A DNA stretch of 64,000 bases from an uncultured Gammaproteobacteria bacterium (GCA_964452355.1 CAYVKV010000003.1:31152-95151), one strand, 5' to 3'; positions 1-9,887 are shown, counted from the stretch's first letter. Notes: generated by a model from the letters alone, not told the origin. Made by a program: numbers and translations.

Positions 1-1
1 T

Positions 2-175
2 TTTGATGCAGCACACAAACTTCTTGGACTCAGTGAAGATTGGCAAGTCGATGTGATGCTTGCAATCGGTGTATTTGACAAAGCAAAGTCTGAGGAAATG
101 AACGAAGAAATATCTGATCGCAAACCTCTTTCTGAGCTTGCCTTTGAGGGAGTGCTGCCGGTAGATTTTGAATAA
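2..175 (+). CDS. 3' end of a CDS starting upstream of the window (nitroreductase-family-like C-terminus)
   Basis: Open frame from the window edge to TAA at 173-175. Translation ...DVMLAIGVFDKAKSEEMNEEISDRKPLSELAFEGVLPVDFE resembles the conserved tail of FMN nitroreductases. Absent from the ORF track because there is no start codon in the window. Confidence 0.35.
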   Translation, partial: FDAAHKLLGLSEDWQVDVMLAIGVFDKAKSEEMNEEISDRKPLSELAFEGVLPVDFE

Positions 176-209
176 CTATTTTTTGTCATGATAAAATTTA
201 TGCGATGAT

Positions 210-686
210 ATGGCTGATTTAAAACTGACAAAACAACATGTTCTTGATTTTTTGAAAAAGCACAAACTCATGTCGATTGCGACATACGGCGATCATCCGT
301 GGATTGCATCGGTGTACTATTCGAACGACGACGACATGAATATTTATTTTTTAAGCAGCCCAGAGACGCTTCATGCACGACATATTGCCAAAAATGAACG
401 TGTCGCTATTTCAATCGCTGCTTCTGATCAAAAACCTTCAGATACCAAGCGCGGCTTGCAGCTTTATGGAGAAGCACAACAAATCTCAGACGGCGCAAAG
501 ATTCAACACGCGCTGAGACTCTGGAAAGAAACCTTGAATATCTCCGATCCCCTTCTCACCTATCAAAACATGATGAAGAAAGTGGTGAAGGGGAGAATGT
601 ATCGTATCACACCGAAAAAGATAAAGTTGTTTGACCAGCATTTATTTGATGTCGATGATGGACAGGAACCGGTGTTATTGGTATAA
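210..686 (+). CDS. Pyridoxamine 5'-phosphate oxidase-like FMN-binding split-barrel protein
   Basis: 158 aa. The HKLMSIATYGDHPWIASVYY...IYFLSSPETLHARHI pattern and the size are typical of the PNPOx-like family. Confidence 0.6.
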   Translation: MADLKLTKQHVLDFLKKHKLMSIATYGDHPWIASVYYSNDDDMNIYFLSSPETLHARHIAKNERVAISIAASDQKPSDTKRGLQLYGEAQQISDGAKIQHALRLWKETLNISDPLLTYQNMMKKVVKGRMYRITPKKIKLFDQHLFDVDDGQEPVLLV

Positions 687-692
687 ATAAGT

Positions 693-1247
693 ATGAGCTA
701 TCGATTCGGATTTACTCTCGTTGAGATGATTGTGGTAATTGCCATCATTGGAACATTGAGCACCATGGGTTTTGCCGCATATACCAATATCCAAGAGGAC
801 TCCCGCGCTTCTCGGATTGCTGCAGATTTTCAACAAATAAAACTTGCTATGAAAGTATGGAGGAGTAGTGGCAATACAGGACAGTACCCCAGAGAAACAA
901 CTTTATCTCCTGCAGTAAATTTTTGCACCTACAATTTTTATCCAATCAGGTTAACGGGCGCACAAACATATCTCGAAAACACCATGAGAGATCCATGGGG
1001 TCAAGAATATTTTTATGATAATGATGGCGATACCTATATCAGTGGCAATGGCGCAACACTTACCAGAGGTGTTAATGTAAACATCTGGGGATGTGGCAAC
1101 AATGCACAACGATATCGAGATGTCGTAGATCAAATTGATCGAACGATTGATGGTTCTGATGGAGCAAATAGTGGGCTTGTGCGTTGGGCAAATTCTGGAT
1201 CTGATTTTTATATTATGTTTTTGATCGTAAACAATGAGCTTCAATAG
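693..1247 (+). CDS. Prepilin-type N-terminal cleavage/methylation domain protein (type IV pilin / pseudopilin-like)
   Basis: The N-terminus MSYRFG|FTLVEMIVVIAIIGTLSTMGFAAY has a class III signal: Gly-1, Phe+1, Glu+5 and a hydrophobic helix. Two Cys in the C-terminal globular part. Confidence 0.8.
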   Translation: MSYRFGFTLVEMIVVIAIIGTLSTMGFAAYTNIQEDSRASRIAADFQQIKLAMKVWRSSGNTGQYPRETTLSPAVNFCTYNFYPIRLTGAQTYLENTMRDPWGQEYFYDNDGDTYISGNGATLTRGVNVNIWGCGNNAQRYRDVVDQIDRTIDGSDGANSGLVRWANSGSDFYIMFLIVNNELQ

Positions 1248-1315
1248 ACTTCATCCCGCCTCATGCCTCCCACATGCACCTCAATACAACTCTGCCATGT
1301 TCCGGACTGAATCTG

Positions 1316-1321
1316 TATAAT
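1316..1321 (+). promoter_or_regulatory. Candidate -10 box (TATAAT) 7 nt upstream of the cysS ATG
   Basis: Perfect TATAAT at 1316-1321; ATG at 1329. The spacing implies a leaderless or near-leaderless transcript. Confidence 0.3.
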
Positions 1322-1328
1322 AAGAATC

Positions 1329-2753
1329 ATGAAACTCTACAACACGCTCACTCGTGAGAAAGATGAACTCCCCGAACCAATTTTACAAAAAATATTAACG
1401 ATGTATTCGTGTGGACCGACCGTATACGATGAAACTCACATTGGACACATGAGAAAGTTTACGATGGACGATGTATTAAAACGGTCATTGCGCTTTCTTG
1501 GATATGAAGTGACACATGTCATGAATATAACCGATGTCGGCCACCTCACCGGAGATGATGACAGTGGGGAGGACAAGCTTGAAAAAGGTGCAAAGAAACA
1601 CGGAAAGACGGTCTGGGATGTTGCAAAAGAATACGAGGAAAAATTTTGGGAGACCCTGAAAGCGCTTGGAATTGATCAGCACGATATCAAAGTGATGCAT
1701 GCGACCAAATGTATTCCGGATATGATCGCTTTGAATAAACGGCTGGAAGAGAAAGGTTTTACGTATCAGACGGATGAAGCGTTATATTTTGACGTAACAA
1801 AATTTCCCTCCTATGGAAAGCTTTCGGGACAAAAAATGGAGGACAAGAAACAAGCCGCTCGGTCAGAGGTAACTATTGATCCCGAAAAAAAACATCCTGC
1901 TGATTTTGCACTCTGGTTCAAACGGGTGGGGCGCTTTGCAGATCACACCATGCACTGGGAAAGCCCGTGGGGAGATGGATTTCCCGGCTGGCACATCGAA
2001 TGTTCGGCGATGGCTATGAAAGGACTAAACGCCGAAACCATCGATATTCATACCGGTGGCATTGATCATATCCCCGTCCATCATGAAAATGAGATCGCCC
2101 AGTCTGAAGCTGCGACGGGAAAACCGTTTGTAAAGTGGTGGGTACATCATGCATTTTTGCAGGTTGATGGGGAAAAAATGAGCAAATCAAAAGAAAATTT
2201 TTATACGCTTAAAGACATTCATGATCGAAATGTCGATCCGCTCACCTTGAAATATCTGTTTCTCCAAACGCATTACCGAAAACCGATGAACTTTACATGG
2301 GAAGCAGCACATGCTGCGGCAACGGCTTACGGACAACTGCAATCAATATATCAAGATCTAAAAAAGCAAGCCGCTGGGACAAAGATCACTCATGAACAGA
2401 ATCTTTCAGGTACTGCACAATTTATGCTCAATACGTTTAAGAAGGATATTTCTGACGACCTAAACACTGCTCGACTTCTTGGGAATGTTTGGTACATGCT
2501 TAAAGAAGAGCATTTGAAACCGGAGGATCAGCTCTTTTTACTTGATCAAGTGAATATGATTTTTGGATTTAATCTTGATGGTAAAAAGCAAAATGAGTCA
2601 ATACCCGTTGAAGTTCAGTCACTCGCAAAACAAAGACTCCAAGCACGTACTGACAAGAATTTTCAAAAATCAGATGATCTCCGGATGCAGATTGAAGATC
2701 ATGGATACACGATTGAGGATGCGGATGGTACGTACGTGATTAAGAAAAAATAA
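1329..2753 (+). CDS. cysS: Cysteine--tRNA ligase
   Basis: 474 aa. Class I signatures HIGHMR and KMSKSKENF; N-terminus MKLYNTLTREK...YSCGPTVYD is typical of CysRS. Confidence 0.95.
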   Translation: MKLYNTLTREKDELPEPILQKILTMYSCGPTVYDETHIGHMRKFTMDDVLKRSLRFLGYEVTHVMNITDVGHLTGDDDSGEDKLEKGAKKHGKTVWDVAKEYEEKFWETLKALGIDQHDIKVMHATKCIPDMIALNKRLEEKGFTYQTDEALYFDVTKFPSYGKLSGQKMEDKKQAARSEVTIDPEKKHPADFALWFKRVGRFADHTMHWESPWGDGFPGWHIECSAMAMKGLNAETIDIHTGGIDHIPVHHENEIAQSEAATGKPFVKWWVHHAFLQVDGEKMSKSKENFYTLKDIHDRNVDPLTLKYLFLQTHYRKPMNFTWEAAHAAATAYGQLQSIYQDLKKQAAGTKITHEQNLSGTAQFMLNTFKKDISDDLNTARLLGNVWYMLKEEHLKPEDQLFLLDQVNMIFGFNLDGKKQNESIPVEVQSLAKQRLQARTDKNFQKSDDLRMQIEDHGYTIEDADGTYVIKKK

Positions 2754-2760
2754 GTACCTT

Positions 2761-3984
2761 ATGTCTATCTATACCCCACAGGGTGCGAAAAAATACTTTC
2801 ACGTCATAAAACGTTTTCTTGCCATAAACTGGCTTTCTCTCTGGAATCCCACTCAACTTGCCATAACCGGCAGTCAGGGAAAAACGAATGTGACCCATAT
2901 GCTTTCCGGGATTCTTGCTCAATTTGGTTCTACTGTTTGCACCGATCTTACGCTTGATACAACCTTTAACGTACCCATTACCGCCCTGAAAGTACGCCCG
3001 TGGACAAAATTTTTAGTATGGGAGCTTGGAATCGATCATCCTGAGGAAATGGAAGATCATCTTGAGATCGCACGTCCAAATATCGCATGCGTGACTGGAA
3101 TCTCACCAGTGCACACGGACCAAGAGCACATGGGATCGCTTGATGTACTGATTCAAGAAAAAAGAAAACTTATTGAGGCGCTTCCCGAAAATGGTACTGC
3201 AGTGCTCAATCATGATGATGAGTTGGTACGAAAAATGGCTCCATATACAAAAGCGCACATCAAATGGTATGGGTCAACGAACGAATGTGATATTTCTGTT
3301 GATAAAAAATCAATCAAGGTGGCGCTTGTTGGAACATCTGCACATTTTTCTATAAACGGAAAAACTCAAAACATTAAAACCGGCTTGATAGGTGTCCATC
3401 ATATCGAGACGATCATGGCATCCTATCTTCTTGCGCAGTCGGCAATACAATCAGATATTCTTGATACTTTTTGCAAATCTGTTGCAACAACAATGCCCCT
3501 TCGGGGCAGGATGAGTGTGGAGAAGGGACCAATGAATACGATATTACTCAATGATTCATTAAGGGCTAACCCACAAAGTACGAATGCCGGTTTGAAAACA
3601 CTTGAAATGATTGAGCACTCAATAGGCAAAAAGATTGCAGTTATCGGTGAAATGGGGGAACTCGAACATCCCGAACAAGAACACAAAAAAACCGGAGAAC
3701 TTCTCGCAAAGCTCACTATTGATTTTGTGATCGGAATCGGACCCCTCAGAAAATACACCATAGACGAAGCAATAAAACAAGGTTTTCCCAAAGAAAAAAC
3801 AGCATATGCCCAAGATGTGTTTCAGGCGACAGAACTTCTCAAATCAACGCTCAAATCGGGTGATTTATGGTATCTCAAGGGGTCGCTTCTCAGAAACTAT
3901 AAACGAATCGTACAGCTTCTGAATAATGAGGAAGTTTGCTGCAGCCAAGTCATGTGTCCGTATGAACATTGTGGGTATAAATAA
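2761..3984 (+). CDS. murF: Mur ligase family, MurF-like (UDP-MurNAc-tripeptide--D-Ala-D-Ala ligase) with a short N-terminal domain
   Basis: P-loop ITGSQGKTNVTHML, ELGIDHPEEM, ISPVHTDQEHMGS, LLNDSLRANPQST and VIGEMGELEHPEQEH match MurF motifs. Only ~35 aa precede the P-loop. Confidence 0.7.
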   Translation: MSIYTPQGAKKYFHVIKRFLAINWLSLWNPTQLAITGSQGKTNVTHMLSGILAQFGSTVCTDLTLDTTFNVPITALKVRPWTKFLVWELGIDHPEEMEDHLEIARPNIACVTGISPVHTDQEHMGSLDVLIQEKRKLIEALPENGTAVLNHDDELVRKMAPYTKAHIKWYGSTNECDISVDKKSIKVALVGTSAHFSINGKTQNIKTGLIGVHHIETIMASYLLAQSAIQSDILDTFCKSVATTMPLRGRMSVEKGPMNTILLNDSLRANPQSTNAGLKTLEMIEHSIGKKIAVIGEMGELEHPEQEHKKTGELLAKLTIDFVIGIGPLRKYTIDEAIKQGFPKEKTAYAQDVFQATELLKSTLKSGDLWYLKGSLLRNYKRIVQLLNNEEVCCSQVMCPYEHCGYK

Positions 3985-6064
3985 TCCTCCCATCCACCGC
4001 AGTCAGCACTTCTCCTGACACAATTAATGGATTTATATCGATCTCCGCAATCTGTTTATGACGGTCAAAGAGCGCTCCAACAGACAGTGCAACTTCATAA
4101 AGTTTTCGCGCATTTAGAGGAGGAGATCCTCTGAATGGTTTGGTTAATGCATCCAACTTACTGTTTTTGATCTCATGCATAAATTGAGCGTAAGTAAACG
4201 GATATACAAACTGCATTGTTTCGTGTAAAAGCTCTGCATATACGCCACCAATGCCGACCAGAGCAACGGTTCCAAATGTTGTGTCTTTTTTTGCTCCCAC
4301 AATCAGTTCATGCCCTGCATATTCCTTTTGAACATAACACCCCGATCCTTTCCCTCCCACGCGTTCCAATGTTTTGAATGCATTAACAAGCTCTTCCATA
4401 ACCGTGATACCGGTGATCACTCCTTTTATTTCTGTCTTGTGTGTTATTTTGTCAGTTGCTATTTTAGCAACCAGTGGAAACCCTTCTTGCTCAACGATCG
4501 TATCGAGATCCGAAACTGAAGTTGCATGAAAGATCTTTCCGGTTGCAATACCTGACCACTCAAGGAGTTTCAAAGAATCATATTGATTTAAGAACGGTTT
4601 CATACTATTTTCATTAAGAACTGCCTCAATGTCATACTTATGAGTGGAAAGCGGGATCGACAAATCAGATATGACCTTTTCTGTAATCCTTTGAGTTTTA
4701 ATTTCCTGGGCATCGATCATTTTAGAAAGTGCCCGAGGAAGCGCTGCAAAATATCTAAAACTTGCAATTCCTTCTTTTTCAAAAAATGTATGCGCCTCAG
4801 TTACTGATTTTTTGCCCATGAATATCGGGTAGAGCGGTTTAAATTTAAGTGAACGATATATTTTTTGAAGCACATGCGCCGTCTCGATAATCTCGGTATT
4901 TGCCTGTGGCGTCAGAAGGACAATGACACCGCCAATATCCTTTTCCTTCATCGTAAGATCAATCGCCTTTTTATAATCAAATGCACTCGCATCACCCAAG
5001 AGATCAATGGGATTGTGTATGCTAATTTTTTTGGTGTCTTCAAACGCTTGCTTCAGCTCTTCTGAGGTTGACTCTGAAACCGTGACCAGCTGAAGTTTCT
5101 GCTTCACAATCTCATCAGCAAGAAGCACTCCCATGCCACCGGCGTTTGAAAGGACAAGCATTCTGCGATTACTGGGTACCGCACCCAAACTATAGAGCGA
5201 AAGAAGCATCTGAAACTCAGCAAAAGAATCTGCGCGAATCGCCCCGGCTTGCTGAATGACGGCAGAAAACACCTCATCATCACCGACCATACTGCCCGTG
5301 TGAGACATTGCAGCCTTCGAGCCTTCAGCAGTTCGTCCTGATTTGAGCACAATTACTGGTTTTATTTTGGTAACTTGAGATATTATTTCTGAAAATGTAT
5401 CCCCATCAACAACATCTTCTAAATACATACCAATAACCTCAGTAGATTTGTCTGTGAGTAAATACTCAAGACAGTCCGATTCATTGATCACGCTTTTGTT
5501 GCCCAGGCTCACAAAATGAGAAATCCCGAGATGGGTCTTTGCCGCTGAATAATCAAGCATTGCACTTCCAAGTGCGCCTGATTGAGATATGATGCTGATA
5601 TTTCCCTTCTTCGGTACCGTATTAAAAAACGTGGCGTTCAAACTATTGTTTGTATTGATACACCCAATACAATTCGGCCCAAGAAGTGAAAGATTGTATC
5701 TTTTCGCTTTCTCAAGAAGTTGCTTTTCCAACTCATCTCCGTCAGTGGTCTTCGTCTCACCAAAACCGGCTGCAAACATGACCACATTGGTACATCCGAC
5801 CTGGTGAACGGAATCAAGATAGGAAACGGCGACTTTTGCCGGAACCGCCAGAACGACTAAATCAATTGATCTTCCTATGGAGTTCATGTCTTTGTACGTC
5901 TGTTTTCCAAGAATTGTTGCGCCTGAGGGATTGACGAAATAAAGTTCTTTGTCATATCCTTGGTCGATCATATTTTTTGCAACCAGATATCCGACTTTTT
6001 TTGGATTTTCTGAAACACCCACGATCGCAATAGAGCGGGGATTGAAGAATCTATTTAAGAGCAT
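3950..6064 (-). CDS. ADP-forming acetyl-CoA synthetase (acetate--CoA ligase), fused alpha/beta
   Basis: 704 aa. The N-terminus FFNPRSIAIVGVSENPKKVGY is a CoA-binding domain; this is followed by a succinyl-CoA-synthetase-like flavodoxin domain and a C-terminal ATP-grasp domain. The convergent 35-nt overlap with murF is seen directly. Confidence 0.8.
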   Translation of the reverse strand: MLLNRFFNPRSIAIVGVSENPKKVGYLVAKNMIDQGYDKELYFVNPSGATILGKQTYKDMNSIGRSIDLVVLAVPAKVAVSYLDSVHQVGCTNVVMFAAGFGETKTTDGDELEKQLLEKAKRYNLSLLGPNCIGCINTNNSLNATFFNTVPKKGNISIISQSGALGSAMLDYSAAKTHLGISHFVSLGNKSVINESDCLEYLLTDKSTEVIGMYLEDVVDGDTFSEIISQVTKIKPVIVLKSGRTAEGSKAAMSHTGSMVGDDEVFSAVIQQAGAIRADSFAEFQMLLSLYSLGAVPSNRRMLVLSNAGGMGVLLADEIVKQKLQLVTVSESTSEELKQAFEDTKKISIHNPIDLLGDASAFDYKKAIDLTMKEKDIGGVIVLLTPQANTEIIETAHVLQKIYRSLKFKPLYPIFMGKKSVTEAHTFFEKEGIASFRYFAALPRALSKMIDAQEIKTQRITEKVISDLSIPLSTHKYDIEAVLNENSMKPFLNQYDSLKLLEWSGIATGKIFHATSVSDLDTIVEQEGFPLVAKIATDKITHKTEIKGVITGITVMEELVNAFKTLERVGGKGSGCYVQKEYAGHELIVGAKKDTTFGTVALVGIGGVYAELLHETMQFVYPFTYAQFMHEIKNSKLDALTKPFRGSPPLNARKLYEVALSVGALFDRHKQIAEIDINPLIVSGEVLTAVDGRIIYTHNVHTDT

Positions 6065-6104
6065 ATCTCCTAAGTATATACAAATGAAAGATATTTGAGC
6101 AATA

Positions 6105-7844
6105 CTACTTTCGCTGATATATCCGTATCACCGGATGATCAAATACGGTCCACGTCTCCTCAGCTTCCTCATCGGGAAATTCAAAGAGTATTTGACCGAA
6201 TAGCTCGATGCGGGGATATGAACGAAACTCTGCAACCTTTTCAAATCCAAGATTTCCAGAAAAGAGATCTTGATAATACGCATTCACCAGAGGATATTCT
6301 TTTTCCAAAGATTCACATCTTTTTTCTTCATACGTATTTTTCATTTGCTGCAGAGTGCCCGAACTTTGAAGACAGGTATGATTCCAAAAAATACGACGAG
6401 AAGGAACGAAAATGTACTCAGCTTCCTCAATATGATCTTTCAATTCACTTTCGAGAATCTCATTTTTTTCTACTTCATAAAAATCAAAAGATATGGGTCT
6501 GAGATTCTTTTGAAAAACAATCTCATTATCAACAAGAGGATTTTGCATCGGAATATCTACCACATTCGCCGTTTCTGACAATATATATGCATCCGTAGGG
6601 ATATTGTTATATATCCATTCAGAAGCTTTAAATCGGACATCCGGAAACCGATAAATTGACACATATGCCGCTCCATATATCATGATCGCAATCACAATGA
6701 GTGACAGGGCGATCGAATGGAGCGTGTGCAGAATCTTGATTTTGACCCGAAGATTCATATCAATGAGTTGAATCAATACCAAACACCCGATAAGAATCAT
6801 GACCGGAAATACCGGTGAGTAGAACCGAGACCATTTCGCATACATAAATGCATTTGGAATGAATAATGCTATTGCAGCAAGTCGCAACAGGATATGAGAC
6901 TTATTCCACGGAAGAGAAAAGAACCCAAAAATCGAAAGAATAAAGAGGGGAATGCCAAGGGTGTAGGGAAAGACATGCAAAAACTGAAAAGCCAAAGGCA
7001 TCGTATACTCAAACTGTCGGGTGTAAAAAGCTTTATAAGTACCCAAGCCAACAGAAGATTCATAATTCATCGAATGAACAAAAGCCTCCCAATCAAGCAG
7101 ATTGTAGGGAGAGGTGATCACAAAAACGATAACGGAAAGAAGGCCAATTTTTATCAGTGAAAAAAACAGCGTAAAAATTGAACTGTTTTTTTCACTTCTA
7201 AACGAAGCAATAAAAATACTGAGAATAGGGATCACTGCAAAAAACATAGATGATACTTTCGTGCTTACGGCAAGACCAAAAATTACACCGGTCCATAAAA
7301 TATATCGAGTAAGCGGAAGATCCATTTGGAGAAACATAACCGCAAGATAGATCAGTATCGATACAAATAACATGAGCAGCGATTCGGTGGTTCCAAAATG
7401 TGCAAACTGGATAAAAACCGGTGAAAAAATAAACGTAATCAGTGCAATAAACACATTGCGAGTTGCTTTTTTAGAAAGTAATACCGCCACCTTTGTCATG
7501 ACAAATACGGTCAAAACCGATGAAATGGCTGATAGCACGCGAAGAGAAAGAACGGTTTCAACAAAATCTATGCGAAAAGTCTGCGTCCAAACGCTTGCTA
7601 TAGTCGTTAAGAAGTATCCAATAAAGAGCGGAATCTGACCATAGGCATAAAAACGGGGATTTAAACAATCAATATTCCACCCTTGGTGACAGGTCATGCC
7701 TAAAATGGCAACAACCATGTTTCGCTCATCGGGATGCATGGGATACGGAAGGCCCCAATCAAGTCCAATAAAGCGAGTATAGATGAGTGTGACAATGAGT
7801 GCTATCCAAAGTCCAAACTTCAATAGTGATTTTTTTACAATCAT
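6105..7844 (-). CDS. GT-C fold glycosyltransferase, family 39 / PMT_2-like (polyprenol-phosphate-sugar dependent)
   Basis: 579 aa and polytopic. The first loop carries GLPYPMHPDERN (an Asp-Glu motif typical of PMT/ArnT-like enzymes). About 150 aa soluble C-terminal domain. Confidence 0.65.
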   Translation of the reverse strand: MIVKKSLLKFGLWIALIVTLIYTRFIGLDWGLPYPMHPDERNMVVAILGMTCHQGWNIDCLNPRFYAYGQIPLFIGYFLTTIASVWTQTFRIDFVETVLSLRVLSAISSVLTVFVMTKVAVLLSKKATRNVFIALITFIFSPVFIQFAHFGTTESLLMLFVSILIYLAVMFLQMDLPLTRYILWTGVIFGLAVSTKVSSMFFAVIPILSIFIASFRSEKNSSIFTLFFSLIKIGLLSVIVFVITSPYNLLDWEAFVHSMNYESSVGLGTYKAFYTRQFEYTMPLAFQFLHVFPYTLGIPLFILSIFGFFSLPWNKSHILLRLAAIALFIPNAFMYAKWSRFYSPVFPVMILIGCLVLIQLIDMNLRVKIKILHTLHSIALSLIVIAIMIYGAAYVSIYRFPDVRFKASEWIYNNIPTDAYILSETANVVDIPMQNPLVDNEIVFQKNLRPISFDFYEVEKNEILESELKDHIEEAEYIFVPSRRIFWNHTCLQSSGTLQQMKNTYEEKRCESLEKEYPLVNAYYQDLFSGNLGFEKVAEFRSYPRIELFGQILFEFPDEEAEETWTVFDHPVIRIYQRK

Positions 7845-7862
7845 TGTATTTTCTTACTGCAA

Positions 7863-7871
7863 TGGTATAAT
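7863..7871 (+). promoter_or_regulatory. Candidate extended -10 promoter (TGGTATAAT) upstream of rpsF-ssb-rpsR
   Basis: Exact TGnTATAAT in the divergent intergenic region between the GT39 gene and rpsF. Confidence 0.3.
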
Positions 7872-7983
7872 AAAGCTTGATTTTCGCAATCGTACTTACT
7901 ATTATATGATCTGCGATCGTCAATTGTTAATCAATTTACCGCGTTTGTTACCAACAAATATAGTATACGCGAACCCATGACCT

Positions 7984-8262
7984 ATGAGCACATTTGAGTT
8001 TACATTCTTAGTGAATGACAAGAAATCCGTTACAAATCTTGAGGCAGTATTAAAATCGTATAACGGTAAAAAGATCAATGAAGAATCTCTGGGAAAAAGA
8101 CTTCTTGCGTACCCTATTGATAAAAATGAATCTGCCGAATATTTGGTTTGGCAAATTGAACTTGAAAAAAATGTGGTAAAGGATTTCAAACAAAAGCTCA
8201 ATTTTGATAAAGTCGTCATGAGATATCTCATGCTTTTAAAAGAGGACAAAAAAAAGAAATAA
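7984..8262 (+). CDS. rpsF: 30S ribosomal protein S6
   Basis: 92 aa. FEFTFLV...EESLGKRLLAYPIDKNESAEYLVWQIE is the S6 pattern. Classic rpsF-ssb-rpsR gene order. Confidence 0.9.
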   Translation: MSTFEFTFLVNDKKSVTNLEAVLKSYNGKKINEESLGKRLLAYPIDKNESAEYLVWQIELEKNVVKDFKQKLNFDKVVMRYLMLLKEDKKKK

Positions 8263-8286
8263 ACTATTAATTTGTACCGTTCATGT

Positions 8287-8778
8287 ATGTCAAGTAGGTC
8301 GATCAATAAAATTACGCTTCTTGGAAATCTCACCCGAGATCCGGAGCTTAAATATACGCCAACCGGTACTGCAGTATGTACTTTTGGCTTAGCAACAAAT
8401 CGATCATGGACCACGCAAGAAGGTAAGACACGCGAAGAAGCGCAGTATCATCGAATTGTTGCATGGCAAAAATTAGCTGAGCTTTGCAATAAACTGTTGT
8501 CAAAAGGTCGAAAAGCATATCTTGAAGGAAGAATCACCTATCGAGAATATGTCGATAAAAATGGTCAGCAAAGGAATATTACCGAGATTGTGCTTGACGA
8601 CTTTATTGTGTTTTACGACGGAAAACACGAAGACGAAAACACAGCACCCGCAGAAGAATCGGCACCAGTAACTCATGAAGAAGGTCATGACAATAAAAAA
8701 GAAGATACTACCAATGATCCGGTAGAAGCCAAAGAACAAAATGATGAAGACGTTAATCCTGATGATATTCCATTCTAA
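8287..8778 (+). CDS. ssb: Single-stranded DNA-binding protein
   Basis: OB fold INKITLLGNLTRDPELKYTPTGTAVCTFGLATNRSW, an acidic tail and a terminal DDIPF. The second in-frame ATG (8287) is preferred over 8272. Confidence 0.9.
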   Translation: MSSRSINKITLLGNLTRDPELKYTPTGTAVCTFGLATNRSWTTQEGKTREEAQYHRIVAWQKLAELCNKLLSKGRKAYLEGRITYREYVDKNGQQRNITEIVLDDFIVFYDGKHEDENTAPAEESAPVTHEEGHDNKKEDTTNDPVEAKEQNDEDVNPDDIPF

Positions 8779-8792
8779 ATTATTTAATACTT

Positions 8793-8996
8793 ATGAAATG
8801 TTTTTTTTGTAAATACAGTGTTGCTCCCGACTTCAAAGATATTGAAAATATCGAAAAATTTGTAACACCTCGAAAGAAAATTTTGAGTAGAGACAAAAGC
8901 AATGTATGTGCAAAGCATCAACGTGCACTCTCAAAACAGATAAAGCACGCACGGTATCTTGCCATACTTCCATACACTTCTTATCAAGGAGCCTAA
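8793..8996 (+). CDS. rpsR: 30S ribosomal protein S18
   Basis: 67 aa. CFFCK...FVTPRKKILSRDKSNVCAKHQRALSKQIKHARYLAILPYT is the S18 pattern. Confidence 0.9.
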   Translation: MKCFFCKYSVAPDFKDIENIEKFVTPRKKILSRDKSNVCAKHQRALSKQIKHARYLAILPYTSYQGA

Positions 8997-9106
8997 CCGA
9001 CAGGTTTCCTTATACCTTCGAAGAAGAAATCATGCTCCCTCTTAAGCTGAATAATATTCTCGCACGATGCAGAATATATTGGTACAATGAATGTCACTAT
9101 TGTTAG

Positions 9107-9835
9107 ATGTCGGAAGAAATTATGAAAATTAAAGCAAAAATTCCCGAAAAAGCAAAGATCGTGGTGAAACCCGGTCAAAAAGTTGACTTCACAACGCCCC
9201 TTGCAGAAACAGCAGAGAAACAAATGATCTATATTCCCATTGCAGAAATGATGGGTTTTGATTCCAAAAATATATTCCATTATCTCAAGCGGATGATCGG
9301 TGAACAGATTCAAAAGGGAGACGTCTTGGCTGAGATCAAATCGCTTTTCACCACGCGACAGTACTTAAGTGAGGTTTCAGGCATTCTTCGAGAAATCAAG
9401 CATGATACCGGCATCATCGCCATTGAACAGGAAATGAATAACAATCAGATGCTCAACTGTTTCTTTATTGGTGAAATCGCTGAAGTTTATGACGGTTATT
9501 TGGAACTGATCGTTGAAGACGTACACGCCGTAAAACTTCAAGAGGCAACACCGTATTTTGGAGCGTCAATGTACTATCTGAATCCATCAGGAAAATATAG
9601 CGATGCGGACCTTGAAGGCGCATGCGTATTTGCCCCGGAGTTTGATCCCATGGACACCGTCAAAATGGAGACGCTCGGAGCTCAAGGACTTATCACAAAA
9701 ACAAAAATCCCAATGAAAACCATGATTCATCAGATCGTTCTTCAAGATAAAGAGGATTTTGATCACATCCAAAAAAAAGAATATCCATACGTTCTCATTG
9801 GGCATGAGCCAATGACTATTTTATTTTATAAATAA
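9107..9835 (+). CDS. Hypothetical protein (two barrel-sandwich/lipoyl-like hairpin motifs)
   Basis: 242 aa ORF with no competing frame. Motifs VVKPGQKVDFTTPLAE and QIQKGDVLAEIKS resemble biotinyl/lipoyl-like hybrid motifs. Function unknown. Confidence 0.5.
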   Translation: MSEEIMKIKAKIPEKAKIVVKPGQKVDFTTPLAETAEKQMIYIPIAEMMGFDSKNIFHYLKRMIGEQIQKGDVLAEIKSLFTTRQYLSEVSGILREIKHDTGIIAIEQEMNNNQMLNCFFIGEIAEVYDGYLELIVEDVHAVKLQEATPYFGASMYYLNPSGKYSDADLEGACVFAPEFDPMDTVKMETLGAQGLITKTKIPMKTMIHQIVLQDKEDFDHIQKKEYPYVLIGHEPMTILFYK

Positions 9836-9887
9836 CATCTGAGATTGATTTTTGATTAAATATCAGTCACTATAAACAAATCAGCCT

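Noticed and set aside
8906-9313. ORFs 8906..9106 (plus) and 8993..9313 (minus) between rpsR and the 9107 gene.
   Set aside because: They overlap rpsR or the downstream CDS, have odd composition and no motifs. The spacer instead contains a TGGTACAAT extended -10-like element (9080-9088) for the 9107 gene.
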